Below, one piece after another: positions 17,348-26,822 of a stretch of DNA of 64,000 bases. Below the pieces are notes generated by a model. The model was not told the origin of the DNA, did no database searches, and saw nothing but the letters and a program-made list of their open reading frames with translations. The stretch is taken from NCBI GenBank assembly GCA_963810095.1, contig CAWEMM010000006.1:1-64000 (forward strand), read 5' to 3'. A program made the translations under genes and the position numbers. Position 1 is the stretch's first letter; every line of letters starts with the position of its first letter. This DNA is from an uncultured Chloroflexia bacterium (GTDB lineage Bacteria > Chloroflexota > Anaerolineae > CG2-30-64-16).

Positions 17348-18553
17348 ATGGCTGAAGCTAACTCGGTGGGTGCGCCCGGCGCGGGCCAAACGGCAGTCGC
17401 GCTGCCGGTGATGCCGGAGTTCGACGCCGCTTTTGGCGAGTCGTTTGCGCAGACGCTCGATTTGGACACCTGGACTCTCGGGGGTGATCTTCTCGAAAGT
17501 TACGCACGCCTGGAGCAAGAAATTGCGGAAGCTACCGCCCAGGAAACAGACCGCCGTAAGGCAGTTCGGGAGGTGGTTTTCAGCCAGCTCAAGGGTCGAC
17601 CGGGAGCCCCGCGAAATGCGGGCCTTTATCAGGCGCAGCGGGCGGACCTTGAACGCGTCCACCGGGGCCTTTTGTTCAACGGGGGTGTGGAGGCATGCGA
17701 CGGCATAAGCGTCGTCCATGACACCATCCCACTGACCATCACGCAAATCGGTGTGTGCTTGGTTTCGTACAACGAGGAGCAAGGCTCATGGTCACATCGC
17801 CTGTACCGGCGTGATCTCCGCTCCCGCATGAAAGACCCTGTCGAGGAAGTGCTCACGCTGCTAGATAAGCGCGAGAAACGCGAATCACAGGGGCAGGAGG
17901 GCAACGAGATTAGCGAGTTGGCCCGGCGGGGCATCATGACTTATGCGGAGCGGGCGATCCTGCGGCACAAGTCGACAGCGCGTTGGCGCATGGGCCATGG
18001 AAATCCGGCTCCGTATGAGTTGCTGGCAGGAAAATGGTCCTCCCGACCCGAAAATCTTGCCGTAAGCCTTGAAATGATAGAGTGGTACGTCAACTACAAG
18101 CGGTTTGTCTTTGTCCCGAGCGCACCCAGTCGGGACTGGCTTACAATCGGATATGCCTTGAACCCCACAGAGTTCGCGATCCTGGGCACCTTGGAGCCCG
18201 ACATCGATAAGCTGGTTAGTAAGGGCGGGTACCGCGGCGCGGTAAGGCAGGCGATGGAGAGGTTCCGCGACGATGTAGCGCCCCAAATCGTGGTTGGCGT
18301 CTATCGTGTCTGGGAAGCGGCGCCCCCTTACGTGTTCTACGCACACTTTGACAACGCCGAGATGGCGGCCCACATCGCCATGGCCGACAGTATGCTCCAG
18401 GAGCACCGTGGCTTCCCGATGTTGATTGACCTGGCCGATACCGTCTGCAGCACGACTTTCGGCGTCGACAGTTTCATGGCTTCCGTCCAAACGGCCTACG
18501 CCAACGCCGGCGAGCCGTTCCGCTACCTGGGTGAACGCGAGACACGCTACTAA
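17348..18553 (+). CDS. NurA-like (RNase H fold) nuclease
   Basis: VEACDGIS (DG motif), RRGIMTYAE, C-terminal RGFPMLIDLADTVC (GyP..L..A[HD] motif); directly upstream of a HerA gene. Confidence 0.7.
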   Translation: MAEANSVGAPGAGQTAVALPVMPEFDAAFGESFAQTLDLDTWTLGGDLLESYARLEQEIAEATAQETDRRKAVREVVFSQLKGRPGAPRNAGLYQAQRADLERVHRGLLFNGGVEACDGISVVHDTIPLTITQIGVCLVSYNEEQGSWSHRLYRRDLRSRMKDPVEEVLTLLDKREKRESQGQEGNEISELARRGIMTYAERAILRHKSTARWRMGHGNPAPYELLAGKWSSRPENLAVSLEMIEWYVNYKRFVFVPSAPSRDWLTIGYALNPTEFAILGTLEPDIDKLVSKGGYRGAVRQAMERFRDDVAPQIVVGVYRVWEAAPPYVFYAHFDNAEMAAHIAMADSMLQEHRGFPMLIDLADTVCSTTFGVDSFMASVQTAYANAGEPFRYLGERETRY

Positions 18554-18583
18554 TGACGAGTGATGCAAAAGGAGAGGTGACCA

Positions 18584-20459
18584 ATGAACGGGATGACCAA
18601 GGACCTGCGGCCAACTGACGGCGACCGCGACGATGACTCCATTGAGCAGATGCCCCTCAGCTTTGCCGCCGACCTCGACGCGGAGATCAGCGGCGCCGGT
18701 GGGGAGTGGGATGAGGGACAGGAATATGCCGGCGCCATCGGGCGGACGATGTTCGATACGCCGGCGAGCAAGGATAACACGGTGACGGTCCTGCTGCCTC
18801 CCCAGCAAATCGGCACCGTGCCGGCCCAATCACTTGTACGGATCAAGAGCCGCCCGGTCGACAAGGGCGGGGACGGCCGGCAGTATCTCGGTGCGGTGGT
18901 CGGAGGACCGTTCGCCGAGCCGGATGGCCTGAAGGCGGATGCTCCGATTGTTACGACAATCACGATACGCGGGACCATGTTCATGCCGCGCTACCATGGC
19001 CGTATCCAGGTCGAAATCCTCGGCGAGGAGGTGGAGGGCGCTCTCGAACCGCCGCGCTTCCGCCCGCTGCCCAACAGCCCAGTCTTCGTACTCGGCGACG
19101 AGGAGACGCGTGTGATGCTCGGCCTTATCAGCGACATCACGCTGGGTGCCGCAGTTGGATTTGAGGACATGCAGGTGCAAATACCCGCACGACGCAAATC
19201 CGTGCTGCCGCGGCATGTTGGGGTGCTGGGGACCACCGGTGGCGGCAAGTCGACCACGGTCTCCGGGTTGGTAGCCGAGTTCCAGCGCGCGGGGATTGCC
19301 ACGGTCCTGATAGACACTGAGGGCGAGTACACCGAGATTGGCGAACCGACTGACGATCCTACGATGGTCCGCCTGCTCGCGCGGCTTGGTCGGCAGCCGG
19401 CCGGCGTGCCCAACGTAAAGGTCTATCACCCGGTTGGGCGCGAGACGACCGCACCGGCAGGGTCGAGCAGGCATCCGTTCCAGCTCAAATTCTCGAGCCT
19501 ATCCCCCTATGCGGCGGCTGAGATCATGGATTTGACCGACGCGCAGGCAGATCGTTTCATCAAGGCTTACGACACGGCAAAACTGGTGCTGCGCGAATCT
19601 GGGCATTTTTCCCAAGAAGGACGCGCCGAAGGAAGCACAACTGGCGTTGGAACTGAACGAATTCGAAACCGGGTACCCGCGCCTGACGCTCTCGCATCTC
19701 ATCGATATCGTCGGTTTCTTTCTCGCCCATCTGGGGAAAACCGAGCCCGAGCCTTACAACCAGGAATTCAAAACGGACGACGCGGTCAAGGTCATCAAGC
19801 AGCGCGTGGCCCAGGTGCACACCGATAATGAACGCAGCTGGCGGGTCCTTCTGAGCAAGCTCTGGCATCTTCACCGCCCGCGCATTTTCGACAACGTCGA
19901 CGCCACCCCGATGCCTTACCGGGAACTTGTTACGGCAGGGCAGGTATCGATCGTTGATCTGAGCGGCACTGATTCGACCATGATCAACAACCTGGTCATC
20001 TCCAACATTCTCCGTGGAATCCAGTTGCGGCAGGAAGAGGCATACGAGAAGGCTGCCGAGGACAAGGTCGAGCCAACCCCTGTGATGATCGTGATCGAGG
20101 AAGCGCACGAATTCCTGTCGCGCGACCGCATCGCCAAGATGCAGAACCTGTTCGAGCAGGTTGCGCGCATCGCCCGCCGGGGCCGCAAGCGTTGGACCGG
20201 CTTGATGTTCGTCACGCAACTCCCGCAGCACCTGCCCGACGAGGTGCTTGGCCTGATCAACAACTACATCTTGCACAAGATCAGCGACGTGAATGTGGTC
20301 AGCCGGCTGAAGCGCTCGATCGGTGGAATCGACGAAGGACTGTGGAACCGCCTGCCCAACCTGGCGCCGGGGCAGGCGATCGTCTCGATGACGAGCATGT
20401 CCCGCCCGCTGCTCGTCGCCATTAACCCGACCCCTTGCAGGCTGCGCATGATCGACTGA
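18584..20459 (+). CDS. HerA/FtsK family ATPase (HAS barrel + ATPase); one-base insertion near 19596
   Basis: RHVGVLGTTGGGKST Walker A, IDTEGEY, IVIEEAHEF Walker B, RRGRKR, VTQLP; removing one A at 19596-19597 fuses ORFs 18584-19828 and 19647-20459 (LRDLGIFPKKDAPKEAQLALELNEF). Confidence 0.88.
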
Positions 20460-20894
20460 GAGGGGGATTAAGTGTTCCGGCGGAAATCGGACGCCGGGCG
20501 CAACCGCAAACAAACGTGGACAGCTCCCCGTGCCGGCTAGCCACCGGCACAGGGGCGTCTATGGCAGCCACAGACCATAGAGATCGAAAGGGAGCGCGGC
20601 ATCGCGACGATCAGCCTGGCGCCGGACGGGACTTTCGGCCAGCGTTTCGATTCGCCAACCGGCCCGATAGAGACGGTTGGAACCTGGGTTATCGATGCTG
20701 ACGGCATGAATCTCCACGGTGCCAGGTTCTTGCCTTATGGACCCCGGCCTGACCTGGCCGACCGTTCAAGTACCCGATTACGTTCTCGCCAGAACGCGCG
20801 TTTCATCTTATCGTGCTTTCAACAGCCCGGCGGGGATGAATGAATCGTCCGGCTACGGAACGAACCGGGAAAAGCAAACACAAGGAACAAAACG

Positions 20895-22367
20895 ATGGCG
20901 AGGATGCTCGATCGCCTGAGCGCACCGGACGTCGAAACCGCGCTCGTCTCAGCGGCCTGGAAGGATATATCCGTTTTCGGGATCGATCTCGATCCGGCCG
21001 ACTTCTCCGTGCCACGACTCCGGTCGACCTGGCGGGCAATGCAAGAGCATGTCCGGAGCAGCCAGACGGTCGACAAGGCCCTCTTCCAGCTGGCACTGCA
21101 ACAGACCCTGGACGGCGCGAGCCTGCTATACCAGATAGATCTCGAGAAGCTCGAAGCCCTCTACCCGGACCCGCAGGCATGTGCGGCCCAAGTGCGCGAT
21201 CTGGCCCAGCGACGGCGCGCGGAGGCCGAGCTGGACGCCGCGGGTAAGATCATCTATACCGAGAGCCGCAGATGGAGGGCTAACCTTGCCGCGAGCGCCG
21301 CGCGGCTTCAGAAGCTGGCCCTGCCCCAGCGCCCGGGCGGACCGTCCACGGGGACGAGCTGGAGCGCGGCTGATCTGTTGGCCGCGGAGTTCGCCCAGCC
21401 AGAGTGGGCCGTGCCCGGATTGATCCCGGTGGGGCTGTCGTTTCTCGGCGGGCGGCCGAAGGTGGGCAAGTCGTACCTGGCGCTGCAGATCGCCATCGCA
21501 AAAGGGACGGGCGGCCGCGTGTCGGGCCGCGAGGTCGAGCAAGGGCCGGCGCTGTACCTGGCGTTGGAGGATAACGGCCGGCGGCTGCGCGAGCGGGTGA
21601 GCCGGCAGCGCATGCCGGGGAACGCGCTGGTGCGGTTCGAAACCGCGTGGCCCGGGCTGACGGAGGGCGGGCTGGCACGCCTCGAGACCACGATCGAGGC
21701 GGAGGGGTACCGGCTGGTGATCCTCGACACCCTGGGCCGTGCGGCGGGGCGTGTCGACATGGACGACTACAGGGTGATGACCGAGCTTGCAGGGGATGGC
21801 GCTGGCCCGGGACATCGCGATCCTGGTGGTCGACCACTACCGGAAAGGCGCGCTGGCAGGCGAAGACGACCCGATCGATGCGATCATGGGCAGCACAGGC
21901 AAGGTAGGTGCCGCCGACGCGGTGCTCGGGCTGACGCGGCAGCCGGGCAAGCCCACCGCGCGGCTGCGGGTGAAGGGCCGCGAGCTCGAAGAGCTGGAGC
22001 TGGCGCTGACGTGGGACCCGGCACTCTGCAGCTGGCAGTGCGAGGGGACCGCGGAGGACGTCGCGTTGTCGGGGAGAAGAGGGCGAGGTGCTGGCGATCC
22101 TGCAAGAGGCATACCCAAAGTCGATGCTGGCGGGCGAGATCGCGCAGGCGGCAGAGATGCAGCGCGGCGAACGTGCTGCCGCTGCTGAACGACCTGGTGC
22201 GCGAGGGCAAGGTGAAGAAGGCAGCGAGACAGGGCAAGGATCAGCCCTACCGCGCCGCGCGAGGCGACGAGGAAGGCCGCCTGGGAGGCAACCTGCATGA
22301 TGTGAGTGAGGGGCGTGGGGCCCTGTCTAGACCTCTCCGTACTTGTACTTCGTGCTCTCTTCGATGA
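20895..22367 (+). CDS. RecA/DnaB-type AAA_25 (RepA-like) helicase with C-terminal winged HTH, frameshifted
   Basis: WAVPGLIPVG, Walker A GRPKVGKS, ALYLALED, LVILDTL; alternate frames give ILVVDHYRK...IMGST...AADAVL and LAGEIAQAAEM...LLNDLVREGKV. Confidence 0.75.
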   Translation: MARMLDRLSAPDVETALVSAAWKDISVFGIDLDPADFSVPRLRSTWRAMQEHVRSSQTVDKALFQLALQQTLDGASLLYQIDLEKLEALYPDPQACAAQVRDLAQRRRAEAELDAAGKIIYTESRRWRANLAASAARLQKLALPQRPGGPSTGTSWSAADLLAAEFAQPEWAVPGLIPVGLSFLGGRPKVGKSYLALQIAIAKGTGGRVSGREVEQGPALYLALEDNGRRLRERVSRQRMPGNALVRFETAWPGLTEGGLARLETTIEAEGYRLVILDTLGRAAGRVDMDDYRVMTELAGDGAGPGHRDPGGRPLPERRAGRRRRPDRCDHGQHRQGRCRRRGARADAAAGQAHRAAAGEGPRARRAGAGADVGPGTLQLAVRGDRGGRRVVGEKRARCWRSCKRHTQSRCWRARSRRRQRCSAANVLPLLNDLVREGKVKKAARQGKDQPYRAARGDEEGRLGGNLHDVSEGRGALSRPLRTCTSCSLR

Positions 22368-22530
22368 TCTTGATCTCCGCCGGCGTCAGGTCCAACAACT
22401 CGTAGATCTTCGCGTTGAGCTCCGTATCAAACTGAACGATCGTTTCAAGCGCCGAGATAATCACTCTTGATCCTCCGAACGTTCCGGTACAGCCGGTCAT
22501 ACAGGTCATACACGTCATACACGATCTTCA
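22327..22530 (-). pseudogene. C-terminal remnant of an Eco57I/type IIG-like restriction-modification protein
   Basis: ETIVQFDTELNAKIYELLDLTPAEIKIIEE resembles the terminal 'D..id..vY.Ly.Lt.eEi..iE' motif; no upstream gene body. Confidence 0.5.
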
Positions 22531-22640
22531 ACGCCCCGGACAGAACCAATAGCACCGGCCCGGCGAGCGGGCAACTGCTGTTGCCCCGAACACGTGCGGG
22601 CTCAAGCTGCAGGCCGGTTCCCCAACCGATCAGCCCCGCA

Positions 22641-23528
22641 TCACGTCCAACAAAACCCTTCATCGCACACGTCGAGCAACGCGGGCTTTTCTTCCAGCCC
22701 CTTGGTTACCAGCTCGCCCAGCGGCATCCCAGTATAGTGCAGCGTGATCGCGCCTTCGATGCCGTCGGCAAAGCGCCCATGATGCGCCAGCAACTCGTTC
22801 TCGACCCGGCACGCCGACGCGAAGTCCTCCGGGTGCTCAGCCGCCAACATCCGCCAGTAGCGCGGCGTCATGAAACGGGCAGATGCGGCAGGAACTCTTG
22901 TTCGGCACTGGCAGACCGCGCAACGCTAGCCAGATGGCGCACTGGTTGCGGGTAAGGTCGAGGTCGACCAAAGGCCAGCAGTTTACGATCCACGGCTTGC
23001 GGTTGGGCTTGAGGCGGTGCGCTTCGTCGGTCGTCAGACCCAGCCAGCACTCCACCAGCACGCCCTGCTTCACCACCTGGGCCGTCATCGTCTTCATGCG
23101 GCGCGGGCGCGTCAGGCCGCGCTCGGCCAGCAGGCTCTTGATGTAGCCCTGGATCACCCGCACCTTCAAGAACTCCGTGCACGTGCGACTGCGTCGCCCG
23201 GCGCAGCTGGGCGCGCTTGCCATCGAGGTGCGCGTAGGCCGGAATCGACATGTACACGGTGTCTGACAGCAGCTTGCCGACAATGCTGCCGGGGAGCGCG
23301 CTACACGTGCAGCCTGACCAGGGGCACGCCGATCTGCTGCAGCCGCCCCTCCAGATAGGTCAACTGCTGGTAGACGTACGACGGTACATCTTCAAGGTCG
23401 CTGAACACCGCCAGGTCGACCTTCGGCAGGATCCCAAGCACCATCATCTCGACGATCGCAGATGACTGGATGCCGGCGCCGAGGCCGAGGTAGCGGAGCG
23501 CGACACCCTTCGGTCCCTCACTTGTCAC
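22641..23528 (-). CDS. phage-type PAPS-reductase-like (PP-loop) protein, several frameshifts
   Basis: LGLGAGIQSS, AVFSD, WLGLTTDEAHRLK, NCWPLVD..LTRNQCAIWL...LPVPNKSSCRICPFH, terminal CDEGFCWT. Confidence 0.65.
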
Positions 23529-23644
23529 GCTTCTGTAACGCCCTTTCGCGGTTTCTCACCTGGGATTATCGCGCGCAGGCGTTCCATTAGTCGCGTACGT
23601 TAACTGATACCAGCGCCACGACCGGTCCTAAAGCGGTGTTAGCA

Positions 23645-24624
23645 TCACAGCCGCCAGTTCTCAACCGGGCTGGCCACCTGATGGCCGTTGACGATGTCGA
23701 CCTGTGCTATCCGGGTATAGGTCATGAGCATATCCAGGCTTTCGTGCCCCAGGACGTCCTGCAGCGTCCGCTCATTGCCGCCGTTGCGTAGGTATTGGAT
23801 GGCGAACGTGTGCCTGAACTTATGGGGATGCGCATCCGGGACGCCGGCAACCTCCGCCAGGCGATAGATCAGCTTCAGCAGCGTGTTTCTTGTCATCGGC
23901 TCGCCAGATACCGACAGGAACACCGGTTCATTTACCCTGGCCTCGGCCCGATTCTCGAGGATGTGCTTGCTCAGGGCGGACTTCGTCCGCGGGCCGATTG
24001 GCAGCGAACGCTCCTTCGAGCCCTTCCCAAAGACGAGGACTACCCCGTTCCTGAGGTCGACGTTGCGCAGCTCGAGCCCGCACAACTCGGACGCTCGCAT
24101 TCCCGTGTCGATCAGGAGTAGGAGTATGGCGCGATCGCGAACCGCCGTCGAGCGCTCGTGGTCGGATTCCTTCTTGCCGGGCCGGGTGTATGGCGCCGAC
24201 CGGCGACTGGCTGCAGCCAAGAGCCGCTTGATGTCATCCTGCGTGAACGGCACGATCACCGGCTTCTCGGGCTTCGGCCGTTCGATCTGGTGGAGGATGT
24301 GCGTCCGGACGTAGCCTTCCGCGACCGCCCAGGTCTATAGGGCACTGAGGCCGGTATGGATGTTCAGCTTCTGTTTCTTGCCAATCGGGCGAGGAGGTCT
24401 GGGAGCGATGCCAGCAGGCGCGCGTGGGGTCGACAGGTCGACCAAGAAGCGGCGAATGTCATCCGCCGAGATCTTTTCCATAGGCGGATCGCCAATGAAG
24501 GCTTGCAGCTTGCGGAAAGCGTTTTGGTAGTCGGCGACGGTGTGCGGGCTCAGCGAGCGGGCCTCTGCGTCGAGCAAAAAGCCCGTGATCGCCTGCGATA
24601 AGAGGATCGTTTTCGTTTTGCCAT
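23645..24624 (-). pseudogene. tyrosine integrase with in-frame TAG (24335-24337) and a frameshift near the start
   Basis: Catalytic R (DTGMRASEL), K (GKGSKER), HxxR (HPHKFRHTFA), H (LGHES), Y (MTYT); N-terminal LSPHTVADY; GGAGG RBS before ATG 24624. Confidence 0.85.
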
Positions 24625-24759
24625 CCGTGATGCCCTCCGGTTCGCGCTACCCTCATCCCCTAATAGCAGAAACTCGACCACTAAGTTTCGGAGATGAAGT
24701 TTTTTTGCTAAACCGGAAGACCGTGAGGCCAGAGGTACCGTGAAGGGGCCTAGAAACAA

Positions 24760-24792
24760 CATCACGGATCGCATGTACTGCAACCCGTGATG
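24760..24792 (-). terminator. hairpin just downstream of the att copy
   Basis: CATCACGG...CCGTGATG inverted repeat followed on the minus strand by TTGTTTCT. Confidence 0.45.
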
Positions 24793-24796
24793 CAAA

Positions 24797-24842
<46 letters not shown>

Positions 24843-24987
24843 ACAAACCTCGATTTTCGACCTCCGACCACACGGCGAGGCGATTTTGGGTAGCCGTGTG
24901 GTCTCCGGCCCCGAAAGCCCCTGGTGGTCGGCGGTGGCCCTCTGCGGGTCCCCACAGAGCGGACTATTGAATTCCGGTAACGAGGGG

Positions 24988-25016
24988 ATTATAGCAGATG
25001 CCGGAGAGGTGATCAA
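24988..25016 (-). promoter_or_regulatory. strong sigma70 promoter pointing across att toward the integrase
   Basis: Minus strand TTGATC, 17 bp, TATAAT with extended TG. Confidence 0.6.
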
Positions 25017-25247
25017 GCGCCGACTTCGTGAAAACGCAAGGCAGCCAGCGTTCGGTGTAGGGCTAAGGCTCGGACGCAAAGCTGGCATAAATGATCTGGA
25101 GTTAAGCGACCGTGCAGCCTTGCTCACGGCGCGATCGTAGTCGACGACCCTAGGGGTCAAGCATCCCACAAACCCCGTTTGCGGCGCGGAGACCTGGAGA
25201 ACCCGTTCTTCGCCCGGCTCGAAGGACTTCTTCGTTGTGTCTTCCAG

Positions 25248-26174
25248 CTAACGGGGGCACCACCGCTTGTCTGGCACCCAGGCTTGTGCAAGCACCGTTC
25301 CTTGCGCAAGGGCCGATAGGACCGGCGCCAGGAATTGTGTGACCTCGGCGACGATATCCTCAAATCGCTCGTCCCCGACCTCCAGCCCCGTGCGGCTCAG
25401 GAAGGCGCGCCATTGCACGACCTTCTCCGCATCCTGCCCAAATGCAGGCGTCAATGCCACAGGGAGCTCCGGCAAAAGGGGAGTATCTCGGCGACTAAAG
25501 GCAGCGGCTACCGCCCGACAGAGAACCGGACCGTCGAACTCGCACTGCCGTGACAACAGCCAAATGTCGTAGAAATCCTTCATGCGGCTGTTGAGTTGGC
25601 CCAGCCGGACCATGGCGTGCAGTTTCTCGGCAATGACTGACTCGCGCGAGTAGACTCGCAGGACAGGCGCGGGAAAGTCGAGCAGGGTGGGGAATGCGGC
25701 TTCGGCAGCGGCAGGCACCACCACGTCGCCGAAGCCGACGTCGACGTGCAGCGGGAGGCGGGCCTTCCCAAGCATAGCCGTCAACATCACCCGCAGCCCC
25801 GCATACTCGTCGTCCTCGCGTACCGGCTGCACGCTGACACTGTCGGCGTCGAAGACCAATCCGTCTTGTTCGACCTCAACCGCGCACATCGCCCGAAAGG
25901 CCGCTACCAACCGCTCCGGGGATGAGTCTCCATAGCCCAGTAGGTCGAGATCGCGCGTCGGGCGATTCAGCCCGCTGATGCCCCAGGCATTGAACACCAG
26001 GGCGCCTTTCAAGACGAAGGCGTGCGCATAGGCCGATTTGCTGAGCCGGTACAGGAGTCGCTCGAGGGCAAAGCGCGTCAGGAGCAGGCTGAAGTTTTCG
26101 GCGCTCGCCTTGCTCCTGGTCAGCAGCCGTTGGTGGACGGAGGCGGGCAGGTTGACAGGAACTTTGTCCGTCAC
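25248..26174 (-). CDS. AbiEii/AbiGii nucleotidyltransferase toxin (type IV TA)
   Basis: FVLKGA, RPTRDLDL, DVGFGD, ESVIAEKLHA, NSRMKDFYD; GTGA overlap with the antitoxin stop. Confidence 0.9.
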   Translation of the reverse strand: MTDKVPVNLPASVHQRLLTRSKASAENFSLLLTRFALERLLYRLSKSAYAHAFVLKGALVFNAWGISGLNRPTRDLDLLGYGDSSPERLVAAFRAMCAVEVEQDGLVFDADSVSVQPVREDDEYAGLRVMLTAMLGKARLPLHVDVGFGDVVVPAAAEAAFPTLLDFPAPVLRVYSRESVIAEKLHAMVRLGQLNSRMKDFYDIWLLSRQCEFDGPVLCRAVAAAFSRRDTPLLPELPVALTPAFGQDAEKVVQWRAFLSRTGLEVGDERFEDIVAEVTQFLAPVLSALAQGTVLAQAWVPDKRWCPR

Positions 26175-26767
26175 AGGAGCGCCTCCATGTAGGGCTTCAT
26201 CACTTTGTCGATCCGGCAGATGCGGGCGTACTCCCACAACTCATCCGAGCGGCACTGCCGGAGGCGTAGGCACTCGCGCAGCGCCTCGATGGCCACATCG
26301 AGCCCGACCTTGTTGCGGTATTTGAAACAGTCGGCGACCGTCTTGGCCGGCGAGTAGAGGCGCACGGTCACGCCTTCGACCGTTGTCTCCTGAATCCCTG
26401 CCGTCAGCGCAGGACCAGGGAAGCGCACGATGCGCAGCGCCGGGTAGTCAATGTGGGGCCGTCGCGCTTTGCCGTCGATGGCGAGCCACACCTGCGGCGG
26501 GTTCTGCGTGCCGATGTTGTGGAACGCGAGCGCCGAGAGCAGGCACACGACGCCATTTGGCACCCTCTTGCAGGCCTCGGCCAGCGCATGGTGCTCGGTA
26601 ATGTCGGCGGCGGCAAGGGAGTAGAGACCCCGTCCAACACGCACCACCTGTCCGCTGCGCAGGAGGGGGCGTATGCTGGCCGGCAGCAAACCGAGCTGCT
26701 CTGGCAGGTCCCGCGCCCGCACCAGTCCCTTCTCACCGATGAACTTCAAAAGTGCATCTTTGCTCAT
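26171..26767 (-). CDS. AbiEi family antitoxin / transcriptional regulator
   Basis: N-terminal wHTH ...VVRVGRGLY, VCLLSALAFH, YSPAKTVADCFKYRNKVGLDVAIEAL. Confidence 0.9.
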   Translation of the reverse strand: MSKDALLKFIGEKGLVRARDLPEQLGLLPASIRPLLRSGQVVRVGRGLYSLAAADITEHHALAEACKRVPNGVVCLLSALAFHNIGTQNPPQVWLAIDGKARRPHIDYPALRIVRFPGPALTAGIQETTVEGVTVRLYSPAKTVADCFKYRNKVGLDVAIEALRECLRLRQCRSDELWEYARICRIDKVMKPYMEALL

Positions 26768-26773
26768 ACGCTC

Positions 26774-26822
26774 AGTGTACCAAACTGTCGGGTAGACTGC
26801 AAATCATCCGACAGTTTGATAC
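26774..26822 (-). promoter_or_regulatory. abiE promoter with inverted-repeat operator; probably leaderless
   Basis: TTGCAG, 17 bp, TACACT with extended TG; IR CAAACTGTCGG (26781-26791) / CCGACAGTTTG (26808-26818); ATG at 26767 is 7 nt after the -10. Confidence 0.75.

Noticed and set aside
19590-19650. Programmed frameshift or split herA
   Set aside because: One extra A restores a continuous HerA, and similar indels occur throughout the window.
22496-22522. GTCATACA(G/C) x3 as replication iterons near the helicase
   Set aside because: Reads as VYDVYDLYD leading into the RM-remnant helix on the minus strand; three short copies are insufficient, though not fully excluded.
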